From Moniliella sp. 'wahieum' (taxonomy: Eukaryota): a DNA stretch of 64,000 bases. The stretch is taken from the NCBI GenBank assembly GCA_003971905.1, contig RSEE01000085.1, positions 1 through 64,000 of the forward strand, in the 5' to 3' direction. The position numbers and the translations under genes are program-made. Below the pieces are notes generated by a model. The model did no database searches. It was not told the origin of the DNA and was given only the letters and a program-made list of their open reading frames with translations. This document shows, one piece after another, positions 36,845-49,700 of the stretch (the first letter of the stretch is position 1; every line of letters begins with the position of its first letter).

Positions 36845-38659
36845 TTAGAGGCTCTCGACGACAACTGGGTCTCGAGCCAGGGCAGCAGGCCCTCGGCGCC
36901 GCCTTCGCGTCCAATCCCGCTCTCCTTGACGCCGCCAAACGGCACGGTGACCTGGGAGATGAGGCCCGTGTTGACGCCGACCATGCCGACGTCGAGGGCG
37001 CGGGCGACGCGCTTGCAGCGGCGAGCGTCGTTGGAGAAAAAGTAGGCGGCCAGGCCAACGTCGGTGGCATTGGCCCGCGCCAGCACCTCCTCCTCCGTCT
37101 TGAACTTGTACAGCGCGGCAAGGGGGCCAAACGTCTCCTCGGTCGTCATGGGGCACTGGTCAGTAACGTTGGCCAGGATGGTAGGTGCAAAGAACAGACC
37201 CTCGCCGCGTTCGCCACCAATCAGCACCTTGGCGCCTGCTGCCACGCTCTGCTTGACGTGCCGCTCCACCTTGTCCACGCCGGCTTGGGAGACGAGCGGG
37301 CCATGGGTCGTGCTCTTGTCCAGCCCTGAACCGACTTTGAACTGCGCCACGGCCTGGACCAGTTTCCGAGCAAACTCGTCGTACACCGCTTCGTGCACAA
37401 AGATCCGGTTCGCACACACACACGTCTGGCCCGAGCCACGGAACTTGCATGCAATCGCCCCGGCCACAGCCAGGTCAATGTCCGCATCCTCAAACAAATA
37501 AACGGCGCATTGCCACCCAACTCGACAGCTTCTTCAGTGTCGATGCGCCCTGCTGGACCAGCAACTTGCCCACGCCCGTCGAACCCGTAAACGAAATCTT
37601 CTTGACGGTAGGACTCGTGCACAGTTTCTGCCCACGGCAATTTCCTTCTCGCCTCCCTTGGCCACCGTGAGCACATTGATGGTGCCCTTGGGGAATCCAA
37701 CTTTTCCGCCAAGTACGCCAGCGCAAGGGCCGTGTACGGCGTCTCGGCCGGCGCCTTGATCACCGTTGTGCAGCCCACCGCCAGCGCAGGCGCGATCGAG
37801 GGGCAATCACTACGGCAGACGCAAGAGCAGTTAGCAAGGCACCGAGCAACGGGGTAAACCTCCAATCCAAACCAGAAGACAAAAAGTAATGGTAAGGGTA
37901 AGAGGAGAGGGGAAGAAAAAAAACGTACTGCCAGAGGGAAGTTCCATGGCTTGATAAGTGCCGCGACGCCAACGGGACGAGTGGTGACCGTTGTTGACTA
38001 CGCCGGCACAGCCGGGGTCGGGGTGGAGCCGGGCATGCGCAGCGCTTCAGCCGAGTAAAAGTCAATGTATCCTGCTCCGTAGGCCACTTCGCCAAACGCA
38101 TCGGGCCAAGCCTTGCCATTTTCCAGCACAATCAACCGGGCAATGTCCTCTCGGTGGGCCATCAGTCGTGCAGCTTGCGAAGCAGCTGCGACCGCGCCGT
38201 GGCGGGCAGCGCGGCCCAGGGCTTGAACGCGTCCGAGGCAGCTTGGATAGCCTGCTCGGCTTGGTCAACGCCCATGTTGGGCAGGGTGCCGAGCAGCGCA
38301 CCGGTGGCCTTGTTGTGCACTTCAAACGTCGTGCCGTCCGGGACGGAGCTGATCCACTGGCCGTTGATGTAGGCGGCCTGCTGGAACAGCTCGGGGGCCT
38401 GGAGCAGCGCAGGCACGTCTTGCTTGGTGCCGGGGGCGACTTGGAGCCGTGGGGCATGGCGATCTGAGGGAGCGACATGGCGCGCGAAGAGGTGTGGAGG
38501 CAGCGGGGCGAGGCGGGGGTGGGGCGGGGCAGCAGAGTGCAGACACGGGGAAGCGGACGGAGAGGCGGCGCGGAGGCGGAAGCGGAGCGCGGGCAGGGCG
38601 AGGGAGAGGGCGGAGGGGGAGGCGGGGGGGCGTGGTGGTGGTGGGACGCAGAAACGCAT
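36845..38659 (-). CDS. UGA2: Succinate-semialdehyde dehydrogenase (ALDH5), probable mitochondrial presequence
   Basis: AYINGQW, IKAPAETP, KISFTGSTGVGK, ELGGNAPFI, CKFRGSGQTCVCANRI, EETFGP, PFGGVKESGIGREG; intron ~37810-37927. Confidence 0.9.
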
Positions 38660-39252
38660 TGTGGTGGCGACAAGGGAAAACCCCAAGGGCCGGCCGAGGC
38701 AGCTTCTGGGCGAGGGCGTGCTGGTGCTTGCTGCTTATTGAGCCGTTGCAGACGCCGTGTACACGGGGACGGCACAGGGGCAGTGTGGTGGCCCTTGCAT
38801 CGGGGATGTGGTGGGTGCCCAAAGCGCGGCAGTGGAAAAATGAATGATTAAGCTTTAAGGACCGGTGACGATGACGTGTGACGCGTTGCAAGCAGCACGT
38901 CCTGGCACGGGGGCAGTGGTACACTGTGCCATGGCACATGTCAGCCATGCGCCAAGCACCCGTGCGAAGCAGAAAGACGACGCCGTGTGCGCTGGCCAGC
39001 GCCGGGTAAGCAGCCAGCCTATCTGTGTTTCTGTCTGTGCGCAGCGTCCCAACGCTTTGCGTGCGTTTCTAACTAGCCCTAGCCACTCTGCCCCTCACCC
39101 GGCCCGGACATAGCAACCGCCAGGCCGACAGCCAGCCAGCTGCTTGCTAGCAATACACGCTACATCCGCATCCTCCTCCTCCTCTCCTCCAGTGCTCGTC
39201 GTCAAACAGTATCCACCTTCATGGCTGCCTGCCCCCCGCGCCCCGCCTCGCA

Positions 39253-40803
39253 TTACGGCACCGCCGCCTCCAACGGCTGCATGGAGAATGGGTCGCGGAG
39301 AGAGTGGTGCTGCTGCTGGTACCACTGCGTATAGTCCGCTTTGAGCGTTTGAATGTCGGCGTGGACCGCGGCGACCTTGGTGGCGAGAGCCATGAAGCTC
39401 GTGTTCTGCGCCTGGATCGCGTTCTGGATCGCATCGGGCGTGTAGTGTCGCGGTGGTCGATCGAGATGAGCTGGCGTTGGATTTCTTCGAGCGTACTCTT
39501 GTACCGCGTCACGCGCCGCGAATGTCCTGCACAGCCCGGGCAAAGTAGCTGCTCGCGCCAGCCTGTCAGTCACCTGGTCCATCCGGCACCCCTGCACCGC
39601 GCCACAACAGCCAACGGTTAGAAATGGCAAGAGGACGTACTTGAGGGAAGGAGCGCAAGTGCGAGTTGCAAACCCTTGCTGCCAGTTGTGGCCAATCTCA
39701 ACATGGTGTTGCTGTCTTTGCGGTCCACCTCCACCGTGCTCCGCAGATCAGTAATCTCAATGTGGTCCGAGTCCACTAGTGCCAACAACGATTGAGGTCC
39801 TAGAAGCCAGTACCAAACCAGCATCAGCATCAGCGTCTGCCGTTCGAGAGAAGATATGAAAACAAAAGGGTTTTTCTACGCACCGACTGAACCGCCCAAA
39901 TGGCCTGGGAACCTTTGGAAATCTCCTCGGCCTTGTTAGACGCCTCGAGCTGCTTGCGGATTTGGACTTGCTGCTGGATGAATTGGCTAAAAGAGGCAAG
40001 GAGAAGGTGTCAGTGGGAACGCTGGCATACCAAAAAGAAAAGACACGCGACGTACTCGAGTTGTTCGACCATTTGTTTTTGCTGGTCTGGCAAGTCGTTG
40101 AAGCGCTCCTTCTGTTGAAATGGGAACTGGAGGAAAGGATTTGGGGCGCGGCAGACGACGTGGCGGTCATGGTGGACATTCCGAACGGCTGTGCTGTGGA
40201 TGCACCCAACCCGCCTGCTGCAGGTGCACCAAACGTAGAGCCAAAGCCAATGCCAGAAGGTTGCTGCTGCTGCTGGTTTTGGGTAGAGAAAAGCGAGGTG
40301 GCTGTACCCTGAGTCCCAGGAGCAGTCTGATTTTGTCCAAAGCTAAATAGGCCTCCCGCCGCGGGTTGTTGGTTCTGTTGTTGCTGATTTTGACCAAACA
40401 ACCCGGTGCCAGTGCTGGCGCCGGGGGCCGCACCCGGCTGGGCAGAGGTGGTGGTGCTACCAAAGGAAAAAGCAGGCTTAGCCGCAGTGGCTGGTTGACC
40501 AAAGAGGCCACCTCCAGCTGCAGGCGCAGGCGCGGGGGTGGTGCCAAACAGCCCACCTGACGTTGTTCCAGCAGGTTTGGCGCCAAAGAGCCCGCCGGTA
40601 GCAGGGGGCTGTTGCTGTTGCTGCTGCTGGGGCTGCTGCTGTTTGTGTTGTTGGGCTGGCTGGGCAGGCTGCTGGCCAAAGAGACCACCGGTGGCGGCGG
40701 GCTGCTGCTGCTGCTGGCCGAAGATGCTTCCGGTGGTACCGGATGCGGGGGTAGAGGAGAAGAGGGTTCCCGACGTGGGCGTCTGTCTGGCCGCGCCGAA
40801 CAT
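39253..40803 (-). CDS. NUP49: FG nucleoporin Nup49/Nup58-45 family, with introns
   Basis: GGLFG/FSFG repeats followed by RFNDLPDQQKQMVEQLE and C-terminal coiled coil RYKSTLEEIQRQL..IQAQNTSFMALATKVAAVHADIQTLKADY..RDPF. Confidence 0.82.
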
Positions 40804-41070
40804 GGTGGCGGTGGTGGAGTGGTGGTGCCAAGGCCGGGGGCGAGGCGGTCAAGCAGACGCGAGGAGAGCAGGCTCGAATTGTAGAAAGCAGCAGCGTGGT
40901 TCCGCTGGCATTCCGCTGTCGGGGCTGCAACATTGCAAAACTGCACTGCTGGGCCGGCTGGATCTCTCTCGTGGTGTTGTGTATATATTTTGCGGGGGCG
41001 CCCTACACCCACTCCCTCAGGCGGACTGCTGCCTCCACCAGAGCACCATTCGCCCGTGTGGATGCCCCAC

Positions 41071-42920
41071 ATGACGTCCCAGCCCATCCGCCTATCGGAC
41101 GCAGCCACATGGAAGACGCCGGACGAGGTGCCCCAGGCCTGCCCGCGGCAGCTGCTGACGCCATCCATCCCCTATCACCACTACTGGCCCGTCCCCACAC
41201 CCCTCCCTGCCATCCACCTCGCCCTCCTCCATTCATGCGCGCAGTCACCTTCCCTCGGCCCCGCATCGGATGGGGGCTACTCCTCTCTCTCCCACAGCCA
41301 CGCCAACATCCGCCAGCAGTGCGTCCCCCGCTGCACCGCCGCATTCATCCACCCTCTCCCGACCCAGCATCCAGCCATCTGGGTCTGTGCAACGCCACAA
41401 CACCCCACTCCCCACCTCTCACCTCGGTCTTCATGTAGGGTCAGAGCCGCACCATCTCTGTTCTCTCGCCTCCCAAGACACACTGCCTTTGCATTATCCC
41501 ATCCGGCCTGGCCCTGATGAGGTGGCAACGGAGGATAAACCTAGTGAAGGGTTACTCGAAGATATGCACACACTTCCTCAGGACAGTTCAACGCCTCCCG
41601 GTTCCCAGCGTCTCATTGCCTCTGCTCCCAGCACCGCTCGAGAAGAGCGCAGTTGGGAGACGTCCTCGCGAGATACGTTGGATGAGCCAAGCGAAGAAAT
41701 GCATCCCGTCAAGCGGGTACGGATCGTGGAGCCTAGCTCGTCCTTGCAAACGGTAAACGGTGGGGTGGCAGGGCACGTCAGTCCCGAAAGGGGAAGAGCG
41801 AACATACATCCGAAACCACATTCCCTTCCTCCGACTGCGGTACCGCCGCGGCCGGCTCAGGCAACCACGTGGGTTCTTACTGCACTAATGCACCCTCTAT
41901 CAAGTAGGGGAACCGGTTAAGAAGGCCGGCGGGCTTTCTTCTACTACCCGCTCATCTGTCCCATGCCACCTCACCGTCCCCCCTCCCGACCAAGTGGCCC
42001 TCACCTTGTTCCGCCCCTTCCGTCCCCCTAGCCGGGTCACATCATCCTCCGCCCCCACTATGGGCCGGACGAATGGTCCCCGCCCCCTTCCTGCTCCTCC
42101 CCCTCTGTTGCGGTAGCAGCAGCAACAGCCGCTGCGCCTCGTCTGGCCCGGTCCCACTCTACTCATACCACGCCCACGATGGCCCTTCATTCTTCTTCCT
42201 GTAGTTTTTCGTCCGTCAAGCGCGGTGTGCCGCGCACCGGGCGAAAGGGAAGCAACGAAACCAGCTCCAGCTCCAATCCCGCCTACGCACGCTTCGTTTG
42301 GCACTGCGATACCAAGAGTGGGTAATAGAGGTGTGGTTGCTTCTCACCTGCGTGGAACGTTGAACGTTGAACATGCTGACTCTCCTTGTTTCGTTGACCA
42401 TTTCATTTGGTGGCAGAGACGGCCTTGCGCGCCCGATCCATCCCCTGATATCCCAGTGGCGTCTTGTAGCGCAGGAAGCGGCCCAGGCACTTTTCACACC
42501 TGGTCCCTGTCCCGGTCGACAATCCCTTTGTGCCCTTGCCGCGCAGAGATGAGTGGGGGTGGGACAGGAGCGAGGTGGGTACGGAATGCACGGATGCGAC
42601 CGACGGGCAACCTACTACTTGCGCCCGTACTGAACCAGCCACTTGGACGGTGGGACGCATGCTGGATGCGATGGGCCGTGCGTATCTTCCTCAGCCGGTT
42701 TGAGTTGACTGCTGCTCTGTTTTGTGTGTGGGACACCGTTGACCGTTGCTCGATTGGCCCTTCCGCCCCGTGCTTTAATTCCAGTTCCCAAACATTTGCT
42801 TCACTGGCAAGAGGACAATGGAGGGTTCGACTGATTGTGCTCATTCTCCCCCGCGGCCGCCTCGCCCCTCCTGAAGCACCCGCCCTATACCTACCTACTA
42901 TACAGCTGTCGGCACCCTAA
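41071..42920 (+). CDS. Hypothetical low-complexity protein divergent from NUP49 (structure uncertain)
   Basis: Coding-like plus-strand frames (DEVATEDKPSEGLLED..HPVKRVRIVEP, a possible NLS); no domain recognised. Confidence 0.3.
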
Positions 42921-43084
42921 ACCCAGCATAAACCACCTCGAAATAGAATGTGCATTGACAAAAATGGTGTGGGGAGGGGTACTGGAAGAAGCAAGCAGAT
43001 GGAGATATGGGGTGCATGTAGACGGGGCACGGTCATGCGGGGGCAAACAGAGGAGACACTTGAAGTAGGCAAAGGGTTACAACA

Positions 43085-44102
43085 CTAGCTCCACCCGGCG
43101 GCGGTCTTGACGGTAGAGAGGACATTTTGGGTGTGCGGGTACTGCCAAAACGACACGCCGGCGTTCCAGTGCTGCTGGCGCGCGGTGGCCAGACACTGCC
43201 CAATGTGGTTGGGTCCATGTACCCGCTCGCGGCATCTGCCGACGTGGCTGGTTTGCCCACCACGAGGCGCTTGAGCGGCACGCCGTTGGTGTGGATCTCA
43301 ACAGGGACGATTGGCTGTAGGGGGCGCCGAGGCGGTGAGCAGGGTGGAGCAGTCTTCGTAGCTACCTTCTTGTTCGTAAAATTGGACGAGGTAGTGATCG
43401 ATGTTCTTGCCGACCTGTGCCTCCACATCTAGGTATCCCTTTCCCGAGCTGGCCCAGCTGGGCGAGAAGTACGGTGCCATAGGCGCATGGTTAGGACGTA
43501 GCCTTGTTTGCGCGGCAAGGCCGTTCGCAGTGCCTGGGTCAACTCGACGAGCCAGGGGGTAGCCTGGCCCGATTGGACCAGGTCCGACTCTTCAAATCAA
43601 TGTCCACCCCGTCCAGGTCGTTGGACAAGACAAAGTCCACTAGTTCTTGTGCGATCCCCGAGGCCGTGTACCCGTTCGCCATGGCCGATCCGTCGAACCA
43701 AACGCACTGATCATCAACTTGATTCCTGCAGCCTTGTACTGCGCCTTGACTTGCGCCCGTACCTCGGCCCCGATTGGTTCCACGCCGCCGCGGCCGAGAG
43801 CGGGCCCTGGGTGGTCCAAAAGGCAAGGTTGTAGTGCGTGAAGCCTTGAATGTCTTGCGGGGCGGGTACGCCGCCGCTGCCTTGGTTGGGCGTCCATCCG
43901 TAGGCCTAATCAAAGAGTGGTCCAGGGTCAGCTTACGCTTGCACCGGCACAGCAGAGTTCCGCGAGCAAGGGCAACGTACAACAAAGGCTGGCTTATGGG
44001 CTTTCCCAGCCTTCCGTTGCTCCAGGTAGTGGACCGGCGCCGCAGTCACGAGGCTGGCGAGAGCAATTGCGAGGAGAACAGGGTGGCGAGCACACGCGAC
44101 AT
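43085..44102 (-). CDS. GH18 chitinase (copy 2), probably secreted, paralog of 33755-34966
   Basis: KAQYKAAGIKLMISAFGSTD; DLDGVDID(F)EE after restoring one T; HAPMAPYFS; LVQFYEQ; KRLVVGKPA..SGYM; WNAGVSFWQY; stop TAG 43085-43087; probable intron near 43910-43980. Confidence 0.88.
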
Positions 44103-46719
44103 GTCGCAAACAAGAAGCGGCACAGATGGCGTGAGGAAGGGGAGGATAGAGGGGTAGAAAAGACGCCAGAGAGCCAGCTCAAGGCACAAGGATGTCTGTC
44201 CAGCAGAGAAATCCAGAGAGGGCGGGAGAAGGATATGCTTGGGCCAGCCAAGGAGGAAAGAGAGTCTAGGTATTAGGTTGTGGGCAGAGCCAGCTGCGCA
44301 CAAGGGGAAGGACAAGACGAGGTGGTAAGGGTGGCTGGGCTGAGGGAGGGACAACCCGCTGGCTTTAATATGACTGGAGAACGGCGAGCGGCGATAGAAA
44401 GCCAAAGTCACTCAATCGTGTCTAGTGACTAGTGACTGCATGACATGCGTATGGCAAGTATTGGGGAGCGAGACAACGGTGAGACCAAGTTGGGTGCTAG
44501 AATGGCCAGCCGGTGCCTAGAACGGCAGGTCGCCATCAATCGTATTAAACGACAGGCCCACTGCCTGCCCAACGTCCTCTCAAACCGTACAGTGGCGTGC
44601 ATGGTCTGGCTCTTGACGCAGAATCACTTGCCAATCACTGGTCACTCTATAGTCACTTTTTCTCACTGTCCCCAAGTACGGCGGATGGATTGACGCGCAA
44701 CCGCACCATGCCAATGATCACCACAACAGGTATACTAGCGCATGCCCACACTACCCCAAAGGAGGAGAGACGAACGACATGCTTGCAGCGCCAGTCGCGT
44801 ACTTCGAGAGTGAACTTCTTCCATCCTGCATCCCCTCTGACACAACAGCAGCCGATATGCACACTGGAGTAGGGTCGTGTGTGCGTCATAGGCAATGGAT
44901 CTGTGACATGTGACCGCCTTACTCAGACGCTCTCTCTTGATCACATTCATCGACAATCGCAGATCTTAGTTTTAGGTCTTACCGGTTACTCCGAAGGCAT
45001 TTGGACCAGAGGCCGTGTTGCCTTTTAGGGTGTGATCCTGAGAGATCCTTTTCCGCAACGCCAGGCACCACCGCCCACTCTCCCCTTCCGAAGGCGTTTC
45101 TGCCACTATGGGGATTGTGCCGATGAGAGACCCAAACACAACAGTCCCTACAAAAGTAGAATTCAACGTTCAACGTTGAGCAGCCACTACACCATCCGTG
45201 TTCTTGCCAACATTGCACCGCCGGTGTGGGCCCGAATATACGCTCTCAGTCTGCAGACCATGGATCGTTTGATATCCTCTGTGGATGCCCCAACATATCT
45301 GTGGTCCCCCAACCTGGTGACCATCATCGTTGCCTCTCCATCGAAACGGAGGACACAGCGAGAGTGGATGCAGTCGAGGATGGGGTCTATAGGCATGTCA
45401 CGCTCGATGGTTTACTCTCGCCAAGTGTCTGCTGTCGTCCGCATGCTCAGGGCATCCACTATCCAGCCGTCAACGCGTCAACACACTTGTGGTGTAGAAG
45501 CAATGTGTATCATGTCGCAGCGTGATGCATGATGAAAGGCAGTGGTATAGTAAACGTTAACGTTAACGTTACTTGCATGATACTTTGGCGCTGCGAGCTG
45601 GGGCGGCGTGTGTTGGATGTGACAGGTACGCGGTGCCGGTCCTGCCGTTACGCGTTACGCGTTACCTGTTACAAGCAATGGGGAAACAATGGATGTGTCC
45701 CAGTGTCGATAGGATGGCGCGGCTGCCGGCTGAGGTGCTGAAGTTGAGAGAACTGGCTGATGTTGGTTGGCCAAGATTCTATGTTCAACGTTCGCGTTCA
45801 CGTTCATCGATCATCGTTCAGCTTACTCAGCGTTCAAATGCAAAGCATTGGTGGCCCAGCGACTAGGACGCCGATGGCATGTTGGTGATTGTGTGACGGG
45901 TGTCACATGTGTGTCACACATCCGACGCAAGCAATCACAGCCACTGACCAGTGCCAAGCGGTCCCGTTCCGCCCCTATTCCGCTGCTCTGTCTGCGCGCC
46001 TGACGACTGCCTTGCCCTGATTAATGATTATCGATTAGCCCTGATTGCATCTCCACCACTTCGTCTGCCTTGCTCGCCTCCCACCTGCCCAACCGACTAT
46101 TCGCACCATGTCACACCTTGAGCTTCTGCATATGGACGGCATGACCAAAGGAGTGGCAGTGTGGCTTTTGGGAGTTTCGTTAATGTCGCATACGTCGAAC
46201 CACGAACCCACTCTGTCTGTAGCTGGGTGTCCATGGCAACGCCGGGACGGCGTGTGGAGCAGACCGTTCATATATTCAGGAGCCTTGCGGGCCATCGCGG
46301 GGCCGAGGTGGAGGCGGTGTGTGGCGACGACAGGGGCGCAGCATGGTCCTTCGCCTGGTGCTGGGCAGTGTGGGCGTGGGGGCAGTGGGGGGGAGGTGGG
46401 CAGGGCAGCCCCCGCAGACTGCCGCCGTGCCGGCGGGCGCGCTGGTGGGGGTCTCAGGGGCTTATATTTTGGCGGAAGACCGACGGTCCATGCATCCCAT
46501 GCGTTGCCCCCTGCAGGCGTCGCCTACTTCGCCTCGTCTATTTTGCCTCGCCGATCCTGCCTCGCTTGTACCATCCTCCGCCCGCCGCCTTCACGCCGCT
46601 CACGCCGCTCACGTCCCGCACGACTCCTCTGACGCCCTCCTCCGACCTCCGATCTCCTCCTCGTCTCCGCCCCACCATCCTCTCAGCCCCCCCGCTCCAC
46701 CTGCATTGCCCTGGGCACG

Positions 46720-49700
46720 ATGGGCTTCTTCAGCCGTCTCTGGCACCTCGGCACGGCAGCCCCTGCCCCCCCGCCTCTCCCCCGCCCCCCCTGCCACGAC
46801 CTCCTCTCACGCCCCCGACGACCATCGCACCACCACCTCTGCCTCCCGCACCGGCAGCTCCTCTCCCGTCTCGCGCGCCTACTCGGCCTCACCCCACTCC
46901 TTTATCGACGGCCTCAAGCGCGCCGCCCACCCCCACCATCACCACCACTCTTCTTCCCGTAAACCCGATGCCTCCTCCGCTTCCCACTCGGTAACAGCCA
47001 CGCCCGCCTCCGGCCCAGCTCCCGCGGGCGGGGGGAAGCGGACCCAACGGCACAGCGTGGCTACGGGCGGCCTGGCGCGTCTGGTACGCCGCCCCGCCCA
47101 GAACACCAAAGCCTCCTCCTCATCCTCCCCCATCATTGCTCCCACCCCAGCACAACCGTCGACCCATCGCGCCGCGCCGCCAGCCCAGCGATCGCGCCCA
47201 TGGGCCGCCTCCCGCCGTCCCCGAGCGGGCAAATCGAACCTCCGACAACAATCTCCCCCACCGGAGGTAGTCTCTACTCCTCCTCCGAAGGAGCTCGCAC
47301 CGACACGTCGTTCGTCAGTAGCGGCATCGATCTTAGCCGCTCTCCGCTTAGGTACGTTGACCCAACTGTGTGGTGCTATGTGTATGATGGAATTAGGAAC
47401 TGACCTTTGCGCCCACACAGTCTTGCCTGGCAATCTTTTGCTGCCGAAGGTTCTGAGCCCCGCCCTGGCTACCTCTCGTCCGGAACACCCTTTTCTACGC
47501 CCCCCGTTGCCTCGCAAGAAATCCTACGGGAGGTGGAACCAGAGATTCCTCCCCTCTCCTTGTCGGATGGAGCTCCGGAAGGATCGGATGGTGTCGAAGC
47601 GATTTCCTCTTCGTATGGCTCGCCGCCCATTTCACTTCGAGCCACGAGCCTGGGCGGGCAGGATGCCGGAACAGCAGGAAACGACAGTAGCCAGCCCCTG
47701 TCAGAGACTGCATTATCGCTGTCTGCCTCTACAAAGGTGCGGGAAGAAACGGCGCCAGTCTCGGCCAAGGCGAGTTCGCACCTCGCTCTTCCCGAACCGA
47801 ATGCACCTACTTCAAGTACTACCCCGGTCCTTCTTCGCCTCGAATGTCTCCTCGCCTCTCGCCCCGCCTTTCGCCCCGCCTGTCCCCTCGTATCTCGCCT
47901 CGCCTTCTCCCCCACTTGCCCGGCCACGGTCGGGTGTCCCAAGTCACAAACCGATTCCTTGCCGCTACCCACAATGCCAAACAACGGATGTTTTCACATG
48001 GCCCTGTCAGCCCCGAGACCACTCCTCTCTCCCAAGACGTGACGAATCAGACGGACACAAAGTCAGCCCCGGCACTTGTGCATCCCGAAGGTGACACGCT
48101 AGATCGACTTACGACCATCGACGAGGCTACCGACGGATCCGCTCTGCACAACGAAGTTTTGAGGGGCAAGGCGAAGAAGATCTTGCATTGGACGTTGCAT
48201 TTGCCCCTCAATCGACTCATACCAGCTACTTCGGCTCTGCTGGTGAGTCTAGTGCGGTATCCCCCTTGGCCCGGCATACAGAGGTCGGGCGTTCACCTGC
48301 CATGCAAGGCGTGCCTCAGCCCCAAGACAGTGATGGCGCACAGTGCCTAACGGAAGAAGCCGATGCTGTGGAGTTCACCGGACTGGATGCTTTCCATCCT
48401 CTGGACCAAACCGGTCCTGTCCCCCCGGTGGACGTGCCCCCTCTCCCTTCCACCTTGGAAGGAGAAGGTGAAGAAGACTTTTCCCTCGACCGGGCGTTTG
48501 CGCCCCAGTCGACCCACACCAGCTGGTCGGGGTCCTCCGTCGTCTCGCCCCCCATTGTTCCTTCGAACAGGAACCACTCAACCTGTCCACGCCTCGACCC
48601 GTCTCGCTGGCCACCGCTTCTCAACCCTTCGGGGACGAGACGGAAGGCATGGAGGCGGACGGTTTGGTATCCTTCCATCCAGCTGACCAGCAAGCCGACA
48701 TTCCCGTCGCAGCGTACTTCTTCCCTTCGCTTGACACATTTGGAAACGGGAGTTACAATGCGTCGTCGGCGGGGGAGGAGCGCGAAGGGGAGGAACAACC
48801 AGATGGACCCACCGCATCCGTCCAATCAGCGTCCAAGGTATCTGCTCGCACCGAGATAGCAGCGGCAGAGGCCGAGGCGCTGAACACGTTGTCCCCGGCT
48901 GACGAGGCGGTGACACCAATGGCGCATCCGGTGGCTGAGGCGCACGCCCCCGCGTTCGAAGGCGAGGGCCAGGAAGACTTTTCGCTGGACCAGGCGTTCG
49001 CCCCTCGCTCGACGCATACGAGTTGGACCAGCTCATCGCCCGTCGTACCACGCGCTACCACTCAGCCATTGGGCCCCGTCGGCCGCATGCCATCCCTTTC
49101 GTCCTTGTCTTCGGCCGTGCAGCCTCTAGGTGATGACAGTGATGATGTGAGCTACGGCGGCTTGGACGCGTTCCATCCGGTTGACCAGGATGCCACCACG
49201 CCGTTGGCCCACCCAGTGCAGGCCCCACCCGCATTCGAAGGGGAAGGCGAGGAAGACTTCTCCTTGGACCAATCGTTCGCGCCCGCTCGACCCATACCAG
49301 CTGGGCAGGCTCCTCCCCCGTCGTTGCTCGGGCGCCCATCCCCGAGGCGACGGTTGTGCGTTCCATGCCTTCCCAATCGTCACTGTCCTCGGCCGTTCAG
49401 CCGTTCGGGGGTGATTCGGACGATGTGAGCTACGGCGGCTTGGAAGCCTTCCACCCGGTTGACCAGGATGCAACTACGCCGTTGGCTCAACCGGTGAGGG
49501 CCCCACCCGCATTCGAAGGGAAGGCGAAGAGGACTTCTCCCTGGACCAGTCGTTCGCGCCTCGCTCGACCCAGACCTGGGCAGGATCCTCTCCCGTCGTT
49601 GCTCGAGCCCCAATTCCGACGGTAGCGGCTGTGCGTCCGATTGCGTCCACTTCGTCCCTCTCGTCCGCCGTTCAACCGTTCGGGGAAGAGGACGATGATG

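Noticed and set aside
33755..44102. Secondary-metabolite or catabolic gene cluster
   Set aside because: The enclosed genes are functionally unrelated housekeeping genes; no PKS, NRPS, terpene synthase or transporter is present.
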